A DNA stretch of 64,000 nt from an uncultured Aliarcobacter sp. (GCA_963677435.1 OY781945.1:1120001-1184000), one strand, 5' to 3'. Counted from the stretch's first letter, positions 39,163 to 50,601 are shown. Made by a program: numbers and translations. The notes: generated by a model from the letters alone, not told the origin.

Positions 39163-39843
39163 TTAGTTCTCTTCCTCTTTTAGTTTGTTTATCGCAATTT
39201 TGGCTACAGCTTGTTGTGCTAATTTTTTACTTTTCCCATTTGCACTACCATAATTAGTTCCATCAATCCAAATTGATACTTCAAACTCTTTTTTATGGTC
39301 AGGCCCATATGAACCTTCAATTTTATACTCAGGAATTGAAGCAAATTTAGCTTGAGTTATCTCTTGTAAAGCAGTTTTATAATCACTAAATAAAACATCT
39401 AGATTAATTTTGTCATAAGATCTTTCTAATAAATCTAAAATTATAGGTTTTAGAGTATTTAAACCTGACTCTAAATAAATAGCTCCCATAATTGCTTCAA
39501 ATGCATCCGATAATATAGAAGCTTTAGTTCTTCCCTTATTTCTTTCTTCTGCTGTCGAAATATAGATAAAATCACCAAGTTTTATCTCATTAGCAAGTCG
39601 TGTAAAACCTGTTTCATTTACTAATGATGCTCTTATTTTTGATAAATCACCTTCATTTGATTTTGGGAACTTTAAATATAAATATTCCCCAACAATTAAA
39701 TTTAAAACTGCATCACCTAAGAATTCTAATCTTTCATTGTTATAAGGTTTCTTATAACTTTTATGTGTAAGTGCTTCGATTATCAGGTCTTTGTTTTTAA
39801 ACTGATAATCCAAACACTTTTCTAATTTTGAATAATCACTCAT
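39163..39843 (-). CDS. rnc: Ribonuclease III
   Basis: [12 protein letters not shown] signature; ds[11 protein letters not shown]. Confidence 0.97.
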   Translation of the reverse strand: MSDYSKLEKCLDYQFKNKDLIIEALTHKSYKKPYNNERLEFLGDAVLNLIVGEYLYLKFPKSNEGDLSKIRASLVNETGFTRLANEIKLGDFIYISTAEERNKGRTKASILSDAFEAIMGAIYLESGLNTLKPIILDLLERSYDKINLDVLFSDYKTALQEITQAKFASIPEYKIEGSYGPDHKKEFEVSIWIDGTNYGSANGKSKKLAQQAVAKIAINKLKEEEN

Positions 39844-39869
39844 TTTTTTCCTTTTTTATTTTTAAGATT

Positions 39870-39928
39870 TGCAAGTATATCACATCTTTTATTATGAAAG
39901 TGTTGTGTAGGCTATTGTAAAGATTGAT
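39870..39928 (-). pseudogene. rnhA: Relic of a deleted RNase HI gene
   Basis: Reverse strand gives INLY (39928-39917) and NKRCDILA (39893-39870; cf. RNase HI NERCDELA) at the position rnhA occupies in Campylobacter. Confidence 0.6.
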
Positions 39929-40961
39929 TGCTAGTATAAAAAGATTTTGTTAATCTGTGTTTTACATCTAAAGTTAAAATATTATGACAATGTGGACATC
40001 TTGTATCAAAAATTGGGTGAGAATGTTTGCATGATGAACATATAAATTCAAAATCTAATGAAGCTTTTATTTTATGTTCATGTTTGTTTAGTAATATTAA
40101 AATATCAAAGTCAAAATCTTCACTATGTTCTAATGTATTTAAATATCCTTTAGCATTATATAACTCGACTAAAAATTTATTTTCAATAACTTTTTCAAAA
40201 TTTATATCATTAGCATTTAGGTACCAAACAACATCTAAATATTTGGAACAATCAAATTCATTTATATGTTCCCAAAAAAAAGTTTTATTAAATTGAATCA
40301 AAAATGAAGCAAATATTCTTTCAATGATTTTATTATCTTTAAAAATTTTATATAAAAGTTCTGTTCTTTTTTCATAAGATAAGATAGAATCATTTAAAAT
40401 AATTAATGAATCTAAATAAACTTTGTCAATTGTTACATCTTTGTTTAACTCTTCTAAACATAGAGTTATCTCTTTTGCTTTATTGTAATCTTTTAATCTT
40501 TCATAAACTAATAAAAGATAAGTTAGTGCATTTTTATTTCTTGGAGAAAATTTTAAAATTCTTAAAAATATCTCTTTAGATCTTTGTAAAAAGCCACCTT
40601 TAAAATATGTTGTTCCTAAAAGTTCTAGTAGTTCTTCTTTTTTTACTCGATCATTTACATGTTCAAGTAGGGTAAGATATACAGAAATAGCTTTGTTATA
40701 ATCACCTTTATGTAAAAAGGTTGAAGCTAATAATAGTATTGAATCAAATGGTAGATTGTAAGTTTTGTATAAATGAACATAGTCATCTTCTTTTAGTTTT
40801 CCCAATTCAAATCTTACAGATAGTTTTCTATAATCTTCTCTAGCAACTTTTTCTTTATAAATACTAAATGAATAAGTTACAAAAGATATGATAAAAATTA
40901 GTGCTACAAGGAATATTATTCCAAATAATGGGTCTCGATATTCTAATATTATATTATCCAA
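39912..40961 (-). CDS. LapB-like TPR protein with C-terminal rubredoxin-type Cys motifs
   Basis: N-terminal TM, TPR-like repeats, CSSC...CPHC. Confidence 0.8.
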   Translation of the reverse strand: MDNIILEYRDPLFGIIFLVALIFIISFVTYSFSIYKEKVAREDYRKLSVRFELGKLKEDDYVHLYKTYNLPFDSILLLASTFLHKGDYNKAISVYLTLLEHVNDRVKKEELLELLGTTYFKGGFLQRSKEIFLRILKFSPRNKNALTYLLLVYERLKDYNKAKEITLCLEELNKDVTIDKVYLDSLIILNDSILSYEKRTELLYKIFKDNKIIERIFASFLIQFNKTFFWEHINEFDCSKYLDVVWYLNANDINFEKVIENKFLVELYNAKGYLNTLEHSEDFDFDILILLNKHEHKIKASLDFEFICSSCKHSHPIFDTRCPHCHNILTLDVKHRLTKSFYTSNQSLQ

Positions 40962-41045
40962 ATAAAACCTTAATTACTTTCTATGCTTGGGTGTGAATAT
41001 TAACATAAAAGTACAAATAAAATAATAAAAGAGTATAATCCTTAA

Positions 41046-42680
41046 ATGATAAAAAAAGAATCAATTGAAAATCTTAAAAACAATCTTGATGTTGTAGATG
41101 TTATTTCACAATTTTTAGAATTAAAAAAAACAGGGGCAAATTTTAAAGCTTGCTGTCCTTTTCATGGAGAAACAACACCTTCATTTGTTGTAAGTCCTGC
41201 AAAACAAATTTATCACTGTTTTGGTTGTGGAGTAGGTGGGGATTCTATAAAATTTGTTATGGAGTATGAAAAATTATCATATCCTGAAACAATTGAGAAA
41301 TTAGCTTCAATGTATAATTTCAATTTAGATTATGAAAATACAGATGAAAAAAAACAAGATACAAGAATTTTGGATGAGATTAATAAATACTATCAAAAAC
41401 TTTTTGTAAATAATGAAAATGTAAAAGAGTATATTTCAAAAAGAGGAATTTCAGAATTCTCAATAGAAAAATTTGAAATAGGTTATGCACCTGTATCTAT
41501 TGATACAATTAATTTCTTAAAATCAAATCATTATAATTTAACAGATGCCATTGATTTAGGTGTAATTGATAATGGAACAAATGGATTATATTCTAGATTC
41601 ATAGAAAGAATCACTTTCCCAATTTATTCAATAACTGGAAAACTCGTAGGTTTTGGTGGTAGAACTATAACTGGGCACAATGCAAAATATGTAAATTCCC
41701 CGCAAACAAAACTATTTAATAAATCAAGACTTTTATATGGTTACCATTTAGCAAAAGAACAAATATATAAAAAAAATCAAATTATTGTTTGTGAAGGTTA
41801 CTTAGATGTAATAATGCTTCATCAAGCAGGTTTTAATACAGCAGTTGCAACACTTGGAACAGCATTAACACAAGAACACTTACCACTGTTACGGCGAGGT
41901 GAACCAAAAGTTATATTAGCTTATGATGGAGATAAAGCTGGACTTGCTGCTGCTTTTAAGGCTTCAGTTATGCTAAGTCAAAGTGAATTTGATGGTGGAG
42001 TTATTATTTTTGCAGGTGGATTAGATCCAGCTGATATGGTAAATGATGGAAGAATAAATGAATTAAATGAGATTTTCTCAAATCCAATTCCATATATTCC
42101 TTATGCCATTGATTATATAGTTTCAAAATATGAAATCAATGATCCAAATCAAAAACAAAAAGCTTTAGATGAAGCTAATGAATATTTAAAATCATTAAGT
42201 TTACTTAATCAAGATGAGTACAAAAGGTATTTAGCACAGAAATTAAATATTAGAGAAAATTTAATTAAAATTAGTTCAACTAAACAAAGAAATTTTGAAC
42301 CAAATTTAACAAAAATAGATATTGCAGAACTTTGTATTATAAAATCAATTTTAGAAAAACCTAAAAGATTAGATTCTGTTTTAGATATAGTTGATTCATC
42401 TATGTTTGAAGCTCATAAAAATGAGTTCGAATTATTATTAAGTGATATTGAGAATATCTCATTAAATTCAATAGTTTTAAATGAAAAACTTGAAAATTAT
42501 GATGATGAAAGATTAAATCAAGAGTTATTAACTTTAGTTTATAAATTTTATACAAATAAATTAACTGCCATCTCTTATGATAAAACTTTAGATTTTAAAC
42601 AAAAGGCAAATTTAATTAGAAAAATCAAAGATAATATATATCAATTAAAATTAGGTAAACTTGTAAGTTATAATTTATAA
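41046..42680 (+). CDS. dnaG: DNA primase
   Basis: CPFHGE zinc finger, KYVNSP, EGYLD, TOPRIM YDGD. Confidence 0.97.
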   Translation: MIKKESIENLKNNLDVVDVISQFLELKKTGANFKACCPFHGETTPSFVVSPAKQIYHCFGCGVGGDSIKFVMEYEKLSYPETIEKLASMYNFNLDYENTDEKKQDTRILDEINKYYQKLFVNNENVKEYISKRGISEFSIEKFEIGYAPVSIDTINFLKSNHYNLTDAIDLGVIDNGTNGLYSRFIERITFPIYSITGKLVGFGGRTITGHNAKYVNSPQTKLFNKSRLLYGYHLAKEQIYKKNQIIVCEGYLDVIMLHQAGFNTAVATLGTALTQEHLPLLRRGEPKVILAYDGDKAGLAAAFKASVMLSQSEFDGGVIIFAGGLDPADMVNDGRINELNEIFSNPIPYIPYAIDYIVSKYEINDPNQKQKALDEANEYLKSLSLLNQDEYKRYLAQKLNIRENLIKISSTKQRNFEPNLTKIDIAELCIIKSILEKPKRLDSVLDIVDSSMFEAHKNEFELLLSDIENISLNSIVLNEKLENYDDERLNQELLTLVYKFYTNKLTAISYDKTLDFKQKANLIRKIKDNIYQLKLGKLVSYNL

Positions 42681-42759
42681 CTAATTTTTAAAATTTATTT
42701 AAATAGCAGTTTATTTTTTGTAGAATTCATAAAAATTACTAAAACTCTAAGGATAATAG

Positions 42760-43143
42760 ATGAAATTTATTGCAAGTGATTATTTACCTTTAGCAATTGG
42801 CTCTTACTCTCCTGCTGTGAAAGTACATGGAATGGTATACACATCAGCACAAGTTCCTATAACATTAGATGGAACGATGGTAGAAAGAGACATAAAAGTT
42901 CAAACAAGACAAGTACTTACAAATTTAAGAACACTTTTAGAAGATGCTGAAAGTGCAATGGATAAAGTAGTAAAAGTATCTGTATATTTGGAAAATATTG
43001 ATGATTTTGGTGTAGTTAATGTACTTTTTGCTGAAGCTTTTGGTGAACATAAGCCAGCTCGTAGTACAATATGCGTTAAATCATTGCCAAAAAATTCAAT
43101 GATTATGATAGATGCAATTGCTTTAGCAAATGATTATCATTAA
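42760..43143 (+). CDS. RidA family enamine/imine deaminase
   Basis: AIGSYS, PARST, LPKN. Confidence 0.88.
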   Translation: MKFIASDYLPLAIGSYSPAVKVHGMVYTSAQVPITLDGTMVERDIKVQTRQVLTNLRTLLEDAESAMDKVVKVSVYLENIDDFGVVNVLFAEAFGEHKPARSTICVKSLPKNSMIMIDAIALANDYH

Positions 43144-43258
43144 AAAGTCTTTGGCTTAAAGAAAGTTTAAACTAAAATAAGATACTATTCCGGTTCGAAA
43201 AATAGAGTTAGTATGACAAAATATGAACTTAGCATAGAATTGAATTAGAGGAAGAAAG

Positions 43259-43576
43259 ATGTACGCAATTATCAAGTGTGGTGGAAAACAGTATAAAGTT
43301 TCTGAGGGTGATATCTTAGATGTTGATTATACTGGTCAAGCTGCTAAAGAAACTTTAGAAATTACTGATGTTTTAGCTGTAAACAACGGTGAATTAAAAA
43401 CTGGTGAAGCTGTTGCAAACGCAAAAGTTGAGGCTGTTGTAGTATTAGATGGTACTGGTGTAAATAGAGCTAAAAAAGTAATAATTTACAAAAAAAGAAG
43501 AAGAAAAGATTCTAAACTTAAAAGAGGTTTCAGAAAAAGCTTCACTAAAATTAGAATTACTAAAATTGCTGCATAA
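43259..43576 (+). CDS. rplU: 50S ribosomal protein L21
   Basis: MYAIIKCGGKQYKV, KRGFR. Confidence 0.97.
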   Translation: MYAIIKCGGKQYKVSEGDILDVDYTGQAAKETLEITDVLAVNNGELKTGEAVANAKVEAVVVLDGTGVNRAKKVIIYKKRRRKDSKLKRGFRKSFTKIRITKIAA

Positions 43577-43610
43577 GCAAATAGCATAATATAAGTTAAG
43601 GAGAAAAACA

Positions 43611-43865
43611 ATGGCTCACAAAAAAGGTCAGGGAAGTACGCAGAATAATAGAGATTCAGCTGGTAGAAGACTTGGTGTTAAGAAATTTGGTGGTGAAGTT
43701 GTAAGAGCTGGAAACATCATTATTAGACAAAGAGGTACAAAAGTACATTTAGGTCAAAATGTTGGGATCGGTAAAGATCATACAATTTATTCTTTAATTG
43801 ACGGTGTTGTTAAATTTGAGATTAAAGACAAAAAAAGAAAAAAAGTTTCAGTTTACGCTTCGTAA
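43611..43865 (+). CDS. rpmA: 50S ribosomal protein L27
   Basis: [16 protein letters not shown]. Confidence 0.98.
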   Translation: MAHKKGQGSTQNNRDSAGRRLGVKKFGGEVVRAGNIIIRQRGTKVHLGQNVGIGKDHTIYSLIDGVVKFEIKDKKRKKVSVYAS

Positions 43866-43888
43866 TTCTGGACAATAGTAGTTTCTTT

Positions 43889-43923
43889 AAAGGGTGTATG
43901 GCTTTTGCCTACACCCTTTTTTT
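43889..43923 (+). terminator. Intrinsic terminator after rpmA
   Basis: AAAGGGTGTATGGC-TTTT-GCCTACACCCTTT followed by a T-run. Confidence 0.85.
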
Positions 43924-44013
43924 ATTTAAAAATCAACATAACTAATTAAAAGTTAACAGTAGAAGTTAGAATTTTGCTTTTAGTTTTTAATTATTTATTA
44001 AAAGGAAAGTTAT

Positions 44014-45105
44014 ATGTTTATAGATAGCGCTAGATTTTCAGTTACATCTGGAAAAGGTGGACAGGGATGTGCAGCATTTAGACGAGAAAAATTTGTTGTT
44101 AAAGGTGGACCAGATGGTGGAGATGGTGGAAAAGGTGGAGATGTTTATTTTTTAGTAGACAATAATACTGATACATTATCAAACTACAAAGGTAGAAAAT
44201 ACTTTAAAGCAGATAATGGTAATCAAGGTTTAGGTGGAAGAATGACTGGAAAGTCAGGAGAATCACTTGTTTTAGTTGTTCCTCCAGGAACTCAAGTTAT
44301 TGATGATGAAACAAATGAAGTTATTTTTGATTTGCTTGAACTTGGAGAAAAAGTTTTATTTCTTGAAGGTGGAAAAGGTGGATTAGGTAATACTCACTTT
44401 AAGAACTCAAGAAATCAAAGACCAACTTATTTTCAACCAGGACTTCCTGGACAAGTAAGAAGTATTAGATTAGAATTAAAACTAATTGCTGATGTTGGAC
44501 TTGTTGGTTATCCAAATGTTGGAAAATCAACTTTAATTTCAGTTACTTCAAATGCAACTCCTGAGATTGCAAATTATGAATTTACAACTTTAACGCCAAA
44601 ATTAGGTGTTGTTGAAGTTGGAAATTACAACTCATTTGTAATGGCAGATATTCCAGGAATTATCGACGGTGCAAGTGAAGGAAGAGGTTTAGGTTTAGAG
44701 TTTTTAAAACATATTGAAAGAACTAAAACTCTTTTATTTGTAATTGATGTTGCAAATTATAGAACAATGATTGATCAATACAGAGTGTTAAAAGAAGAAG
44801 TTGCTAAATTCTCAGGTGAGTTATCAAAAAGAAACTTTGCGATAGTAATTAGCAAAATAGATGGATATATGGGTGAAAACTTAGATGAAGATATCGAAAA
44901 ATTTATTAAAGATATTGGCTTAGAACCAACAAAATCTAATGAGTTTAAATTTGAAGGAGAAAATCCATATTTTGTTCAAGATTTAATTTATTCAAGATTT
45001 GATAATAGCAAGCCATATTTTGTTTTACCAATTTCATCTTTAACAAAACTAAATCTTAAACCTTTAGGATTTGCATTATATAATTTATTGGAACAAGATA
45101 AATGA
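44014..45105 (+). CDS. obgE: GTPase ObgE
   Basis: [25 protein letters not shown]. Confidence 0.97.
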   Translation: MFIDSARFSVTSGKGGQGCAAFRREKFVVKGGPDGGDGGKGGDVYFLVDNNTDTLSNYKGRKYFKADNGNQGLGGRMTGKSGESLVLVVPPGTQVIDDETNEVIFDLLELGEKVLFLEGGKGGLGNTHFKNSRNQRPTYFQPGLPGQVRSIRLELKLIADVGLVGYPNVGKSTLISVTSNATPEIANYEFTTLTPKLGVVEVGNYNSFVMADIPGIIDGASEGRGLGLEFLKHIERTKTLLFVIDVANYRTMIDQYRVLKEEVAKFSGELSKRNFAIVISKIDGYMGENLDEDIEKFIKDIGLEPTKSNEFKFEGENPYFVQDLIYSRFDNSKPYFVLPISSLTKLNLKPLGFALYNLLEQDK

Positions 45106-45902
45106 TTGAACATAGTGGAATTTTACCTGTAAAAAAAAGATTAGTTATAAAAGTTGGAACTGCCGTATTAACTCAAGATGGCCAACTAGCCCTTGAGAGA
45201 ATGAATAATTTAGTTAATTTAATTGCAAAATTAAAGAATGAGAAAAATCTTGAAGTAATATTAGTTTCTTCTGGTGCTGTTGGTGCAGGATTTACTTCTT
45301 TAAAACTTGATAAAAGAATAATTGCAAATAAGCAAGCTCTTGCTGCTATTGGTCAACCTTTATTACTTAAAAATTACAAAAAGAGATTTAAAGAACATAA
45401 TATTACTTGTGCACAAATGCTTTTTATTGCAGATGATTTTGATTCAAGAAAAAGAACAAAAAATGCACAAAATGTTATGGAAATACTTTTAGAAAATAAT
45501 ATTTTACCAATTATAAATGAAAATGATGTAATTGCAAATTATGAACTGTTATTTGGGGATAATGACCAACTTGCAGCCCATGTAGCATATCATTTTAATG
45601 CAGATATGTTAGCAATATTATCTGATATCGATGGTTATTATAATAAAAATCCAAGAGAATTTGATGATGCTGTTTTATTAAAAGAAGTTTTTGAAATAAA
45701 TCCAGATGAACTTGAAATGAAACATACTGCTAATTCAGAATTTGCAACAGGTGGAATTGTTACAAAATTGAAAGCTGCTGACTTTTTAATGAAAAATAAT
45801 ATTCCAATGTATTTATCTTCTGGGTTTGATTTAACAAATGCTTATGATTTTCTAGTTGATGGAAATCATAAAAGTGGAACAGTTTTTCGAACAAAAAAAT
45901 AA
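45102..45902 (+). CDS. proB: Glutamate 5-kinase (no PUA domain)
   Basis: VIKVGT, VSSGAV, NEND, FGDND, TGGIVTK. Confidence 0.95.
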   Translation: MIEHSGILPVKKRLVIKVGTAVLTQDGQLALERMNNLVNLIAKLKNEKNLEVILVSSGAVGAGFTSLKLDKRIIANKQALAAIGQPLLLKNYKKRFKEHNITCAQMLFIADDFDSRKRTKNAQNVMEILLENNILPIINENDVIANYELLFGDNDQLAAHVAYHFNADMLAILSDIDGYYNKNPREFDDAVLLKEVFEINPDELEMKHTANSEFATGGIVTKLKAADFLMKNNIPMYLSSGFDLTNAYDFLVDGNHKSGTVFRTKK

Positions 45903-45913
45903 AAGGAAAAGAT

Positions 45914-46834
45914 TTGAGTAAAAAAATTCTATTTATGGGAACACCTGATTATGCAACAACTATTTTTAAAAGCTTAATAAATAGTGAGTATGAAGTAGTA
46001 GGATTATTTACTCAACCTGATAAACCAGTTGGTAGAAAACAACTATTAACACCTCCTCATATTAAACAATTTTGTCTTGATGAAAATTTACCTATTCCAA
46101 TTTTTCAACCTTTTAAATTAAGAGGAAATGATGAAATAACAAAACAAATAAAAGAATTAAATCCTGATTTTATTATTGTTGCAGCTTACGGTCAAATTTT
46201 GCCAAAAGATATTTTAGATATTGCACCTTGTATAAATCTTCATGCCTCATTATTACCTAAATATAGAGGGGCAAGTCCAATTCAAGAATCTCTTTTGAAT
46301 GATGATATTTATACAGGTGTTACTTCAATGCTTATGGAAGAGGGCTTAGATAGTGGAGATATCTTAGGATTACAATATCTTAAAATTACACCAACTATGG
46401 AAGTTTCAGAGGCTTTTGAAAAATTATCTTTAATTGCTGCAGAACTTACTATTATAACTTTAGATAATTTTGAGAATATAAAACCAATAAAACAAAATGA
46501 ATCAGAAGTTAGTTTTTGTAAAAAAATAAAAAAAGAAGATGGATTAGTCGATTTTTTTAATGCAAAGAAACTATATCAGAAATATAAAGCTTACTCTTAT
46601 TGGCCAGGTGTTTTTTTAAAGTCAGAATTAAAATTGAAAGATATTGAATTAAATGAAGAAACATCTATTAATAAGCAAGGTGAAATTTTAGAAGTTACCA
46701 ATGATTATGTATTAATTGGATGCGAAGTAGGAAGTTTAAAAATTAAAACTATTCAAGCTCCTTCAAAAAAAGCAATAAATGCAACAGATTATATAAGAGG
46801 TCAAAGATTAGAATTAAACAAAATACTATTTTAA
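45914..46834 (+). CDS. fmt: Methionyl-tRNA formyltransferase
   Basis: FMGTPDYA, NLHASLLPKYRGASP, LDSGD. Confidence 0.97.
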   Translation: MSKKILFMGTPDYATTIFKSLINSEYEVVGLFTQPDKPVGRKQLLTPPHIKQFCLDENLPIPIFQPFKLRGNDEITKQIKELNPDFIIVAAYGQILPKDILDIAPCINLHASLLPKYRGASPIQESLLNDDIYTGVTSMLMEEGLDSGDILGLQYLKITPTMEVSEAFEKLSLIAAELTIITLDNFENIKPIKQNESEVSFCKKIKKEDGLVDFFNAKKLYQKYKAYSYWPGVFLKSELKLKDIELNEETSINKQGEILEVTNDYVLIGCEVGSLKIKTIQAPSKKAINATDYIRGQRLELNKILF

Positions 46835-46873
46835 TGATATAATAATTAAAAATTTAAATTAAAAGTATTTATT

Positions 46874-48211
46874 ATGAAAGATTTAGAAATAAGACAAATA
46901 TATGATATTAATTTACTTAAAATTAGTGATTTAGATGTTCTTTTACATGAAATATTAAAATATACTAGAGAATTATTAAATGCAGAGGCTGGTACTATTT
47001 ATATTAAGGAAGATGAATATCTGAAATTTCATATTTTCCAAAATGATGGTTTGTCATATGAAGATATTTATAAATATTTTTATTTAGTTAAAGATTATAA
47101 ATTACCTTTATTTATTGAGAATAAATATATTGCAGTTGATTCTTATTTAACAAAAAAAATAATTATAATTAATGATATTTATAATTCAACAGAATATGAA
47201 TTTTCAGGAACTAAAGAGTTTGATGAAAAATTTAATTATAAAACTCGCTCAATTATTACAATACCTTTAATTCATCCAATAAAGAATGAAATATTAGGTG
47301 TTGTTCAATTACTTAATAAAAAGATTGATAATGAATTTATACCTTTTGATAAAAAAGATAAAGAATTTTTATTAATGTTTAGTTCATTTATTTCTCTATC
47401 AATTTCAAAAGCTCAAACAGATATTATTAAACTTCAGCTTCTAAATGAACAATTAGAAAAAGCAAATAAAGAGTTAGAAAAAAAAGTTGAAGATGAAATA
47501 TTAAATAATCACGAAAAATCTACTACAATATTCAATCAATCAAAAATATCATCAATGGCTGAATTAATGGGTGATATTGCACAGCAATGGAAAGAGCCAT
47601 TAAACATAATTTCTACACTTGCAAGTGGATTGAAAATTAACATAGAGTGTGATAACTTAAATAAAAAAGACTCAATATTAGAATTAGCTAAAATTGTTGA
47701 TATTACACAAAATTTATCTATGAATATTGATGATTTTAAAGATTTTTATAAAGTTGAAAGTATAGTAGATAATTTTAATATTACAGATACTATATATAAA
47801 TGTTTAGAATTAGCAGATATTACTTTAAAGAGAAACAATATAGAACTAGTAATAAAGTTAGATGATTCAATAAATATTTATGGTCTTAAGAATGAGTTTA
47901 GTCAAGCAATCTTAAATATAATAAACAATTTGATAGATGGCTTAATAGAAAATATTTCAATTGAAGAAAAGAGATATATTTTTATTGATTTATTTACTAT
48001 AGGTGAAATAATATATTTAAAAATAAAAAATAATGATAGAAGAAAAAATATTAATACTCATGACAAACAATTAAATGATAATAAAAATTTGTATATGAGT
48101 AAGTTAATTATAGAAAAATATAATAAAGGAAATATCAACTTTGAAAATATCAATTTTAAACATGAGGATATTAACTATGAAGGAAGTGGATATATAATTA
48201 CTTTAGCGTAA
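46874..48211 (+). CDS. GAF domain protein with a degenerate kinase-like C-terminus
   Basis: GAF motif FDEKFNYKTRSIITIPL...GVVQLLNK; H-box position IAQQWKEPL; no G-boxes. Confidence 0.8.
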   Translation: MKDLEIRQIYDINLLKISDLDVLLHEILKYTRELLNAEAGTIYIKEDEYLKFHIFQNDGLSYEDIYKYFYLVKDYKLPLFIENKYIAVDSYLTKKIIIINDIYNSTEYEFSGTKEFDEKFNYKTRSIITIPLIHPIKNEILGVVQLLNKKIDNEFIPFDKKDKEFLLMFSSFISLSISKAQTDIIKLQLLNEQLEKANKELEKKVEDEILNNHEKSTTIFNQSKISSMAELMGDIAQQWKEPLNIISTLASGLKINIECDNLNKKDSILELAKIVDITQNLSMNIDDFKDFYKVESIVDNFNITDTIYKCLELADITLKRNNIELVIKLDDSINIYGLKNEFSQAILNIINNLIDGLIENISIEEKRYIFIDLFTIGEIIYLKIKNNDRRKNINTHDKQLNDNKNLYMSKLIIEKYNKGNINFENINFKHEDINYEGSGYIITLA

Positions 48212-48213
48212 AA

Positions 48214-49176
48214 TTACGCTAAGTAAGAAGTATATAAAGTTATAGTTACAAGGCTTAATAAAACACCTAAAACTAATGAGTTAATTGCTACTTTCTCATC
48301 TAATCCACCTTTTATTGCTAAGACTGTAGCCATTGTCATTGGTGGCATTGCAACTTCAATAATTGTAACTTTTACCCAAGTTTCATGGATCCCAAAGAAT
48401 TGTTGAAATCCTATTAATACAATAACTGGAACAATAACCATTTTTAAAATCATGGCCATTGATACGATATGAAACTTAACAAAAATATGCTTCACTTCTA
48501 GTTTCATTCCAATTGCAATCATTGCAATTGGCACTAATGTTGAACCTAATGTTTGAGTTGTCAAAATTAAGAAATTTGGAATTTCAAAATTCTTTGCAGC
48601 AACGGTTATAAAGAACATAAGTGAAGGTGGAAATAAAAAAATATTTTTAAAAATTGATGTTAAATTATTCTTTTTGCCACTTCCCCAAGTTATAATAAAC
48701 ATTCCAACAGAAACAAGTAGTAAAAATGAACCAAATAAGTCATATATTAATCCATAGACAATATAGTCTTCCCCATAAAATGCATTTATGTATGAAAAAC
48801 CAATAAATGATGTGTTTCCAAATGTTGCCATAATCATAAATGTTGCTAACAATATTTTACTTAGTTTCATCATTTTCCCAATAAGGTATGCAAGTAATAA
48901 ATTAAATAGAATAAATGACATAAACATTAAAATCAACCCAAGTATTTTTTCATCTAGAACTAAAGGATAAATTTTAGAAAAAACAATAGAAGGAAGTGAA
49001 AAATAAATTATAAATTCAATTAATTGTTTAGAATTGTCTTGATAAAATATTTTAAATAGATAACCTAATAGTAAATATATTGCAATTGGTAAAACTGGAT
49101 CTAACATAATAACCTTTTTGCTTGGATTATATTTAATAATATCTTCTATTTTTATTATGTATAATAAAAAATGCAA
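48214..49176 (-). CDS. AEC-family transporter
   Basis: GNTSFIG, AMP motifs, ~10 TM; true start probably the internal Met of MLDPV. Confidence 0.85.
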   Translation of the reverse strand: MHFLLYIIKIEDIIKYNPSKKVIMLDPVLPIAIYLLLGYLFKIFYQDNSKQLIEFIIYFSLPSIVFSKIYPLVLDEKILGLILMFMSFILFNLLLAYLIGKMMKLSKILLATFMIMATFGNTSFIGFSYINAFYGEDYIVYGLIYDLFGSFLLLVSVGMFIITWGSGKKNNLTSIFKNIFLFPPSLMFFITVAAKNFEIPNFLILTTQTLGSTLVPIAMIAIGMKLEVKHIFVKFHIVSMAMILKMVIVPVIVLIGFQQFFGIHETWVKVTIIEVAMPPMTMATVLAIKGGLDEKVAINSLVLGVLLSLVTITLYTSYLA

Positions 49177-49806
49177 ATAATAAAATTAAATGAAATCGAT
49201 TCCACTCATAGATATATAAAAGATTATATTTTAGAAAAAGGATATACTGAACCTTTATGTGTTTTTACTGATTATCAAACAAATGGAGTTGGAAGTAGAG
49301 GAAATTCATGGCTTGGAATAAAAGGTAATATATTTTTTTCTTTTGTTATAAATAATTCTTTTTTACCTAATGATTTACCACTTCAAAGTAGTTCAATATA
49401 TTTTTCATATATATTAAAAGATGTACTAAAAGAGATGGGTTCAGCAGTTTGGCTGAAGTGGCCAAATGATTTTTATATTGGTAATAAAAAAATTGGAGGA
49501 ACAATTACAACTGTTTCCAAAGATTTAATTTATTGTGGTATTGGTATAAATTTGAAAAGTGTAAATGATGATTTTGGAAAACTCGATATAAATGTCGATA
49601 TAGATGATATGTTAAAAATTTATTTTTTTAAATTAGAAAAAAAGCTTTTTTGGAAGCAGATATTTAGTGATTTTAAGATAGAATTTCAGCATAGCAAAAA
49701 GTTCCAAACAACCATCGATAATCAAAAGGTTTCTCTCGAAAATGTGATTTTAAATGATGATGGTTCAATACAAGTAAACAATAAAAAGGTATTTAGTTTA
49801 AGATGA
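49171..49806 (+). CDS. birA: Biotin-[acetyl-CoA-carboxylase] ligase (no HTH)
   Basis: IDST, QTNGVGSRG, KWPND, KIGG. Confidence 0.93.
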   Translation: MQIIKLNEIDSTHRYIKDYILEKGYTEPLCVFTDYQTNGVGSRGNSWLGIKGNIFFSFVINNSFLPNDLPLQSSSIYFSYILKDVLKEMGSAVWLKWPNDFYIGNKKIGGTITTVSKDLIYCGIGINLKSVNDDFGKLDINVDIDDMLKIYFFKLEKKLFWKQIFSDFKIEFQHSKKFQTTIDNQKVSLENVILNDDGSIQVNNKKVFSLR

Positions 49807-50579
49807 CAGAGATTATTTCAATAGCTAATCAAAAAGGTGGTGTAGGTAAAACTACGACTGCTGTAAACTTAAGTGCAGCCCTTGCACTTGAAGGTAAAAG
49901 AGTATTATTAATTGATGCAGATCCACAAGCAAATGCTACAACTTCTTTAGGTTTTCATAGAGATACATATGAATACAATATCTATCATGTAATGTTAGGT
50001 ACAAAAGAGTTAAGTGAGATTATTTTAGATTCAGAAATAGAAAATTTAAAAGTTGCACCATCAAATATAGGTCTTGTTGGAATCGAAAAAGAGTTTTATA
50101 AAAATACAAAAGAAAGAGAATTAGTATTAAAAAGAAAAATTGATCCTATTAAGAAAGATTTTGATTATATTATTATTGATTCACCTCCTGCTCTTGGACC
50201 AATTACAATAAATACATTAAGTGCATCTACATCTGTACTTATTCCAATTCAATGTGAATTTTTTGCATTAGAAGGATTAGCACAATTATTAAACACTATA
50301 AAATTAGTAAAACAAACTATAAACCAATCTTTACAAATAAGAGGTTTTTTACCAACAATGTATAGCTCTCAAAATAATTTATCAAAACAAGTGTTTGCAG
50401 ATTTAGCACAACATTTTGAGAATAAATTATTTAAAATAGATGATAATTCATATGTAGTAATTCCTAGAAATGTAAAATTAGCGGAAAGTCCAAGTTTTGG
50501 TAAACCAATAATGTTATACGATACAAATTCAAGTGGTACAAAAGCATATACGCATTTAGCAAGAGCAATAGCAGGTTAA
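49803..50579 (+). CDS. parA: Chromosome partitioning ATPase ParA/Soj
   Basis: NQKGGVGKTT, DADPQANAT, DSPP, LAESPSFG. Confidence 0.96.
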   Translation: MTEIISIANQKGGVGKTTTAVNLSAALALEGKRVLLIDADPQANATTSLGFHRDTYEYNIYHVMLGTKELSEIILDSEIENLKVAPSNIGLVGIEKEFYKNTKERELVLKRKIDPIKKDFDYIIIDSPPALGPITINTLSASTSVLIPIQCEFFALEGLAQLLNTIKLVKQTINQSLQIRGFLPTMYSSQNNLSKQVFADLAQHFENKLFKIDDNSYVVIPRNVKLAESPSFGKPIMLYDTNSSGTKAYTHLARAIAG

Positions 50580-50601
50580 TTTTTATTAGTAGGAAAATGA
50601 T

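Noticed and set aside
43190..43258. Possible structured leader upstream of rplU
   Set aside because: Only weak pairing; cannot support an RNA element
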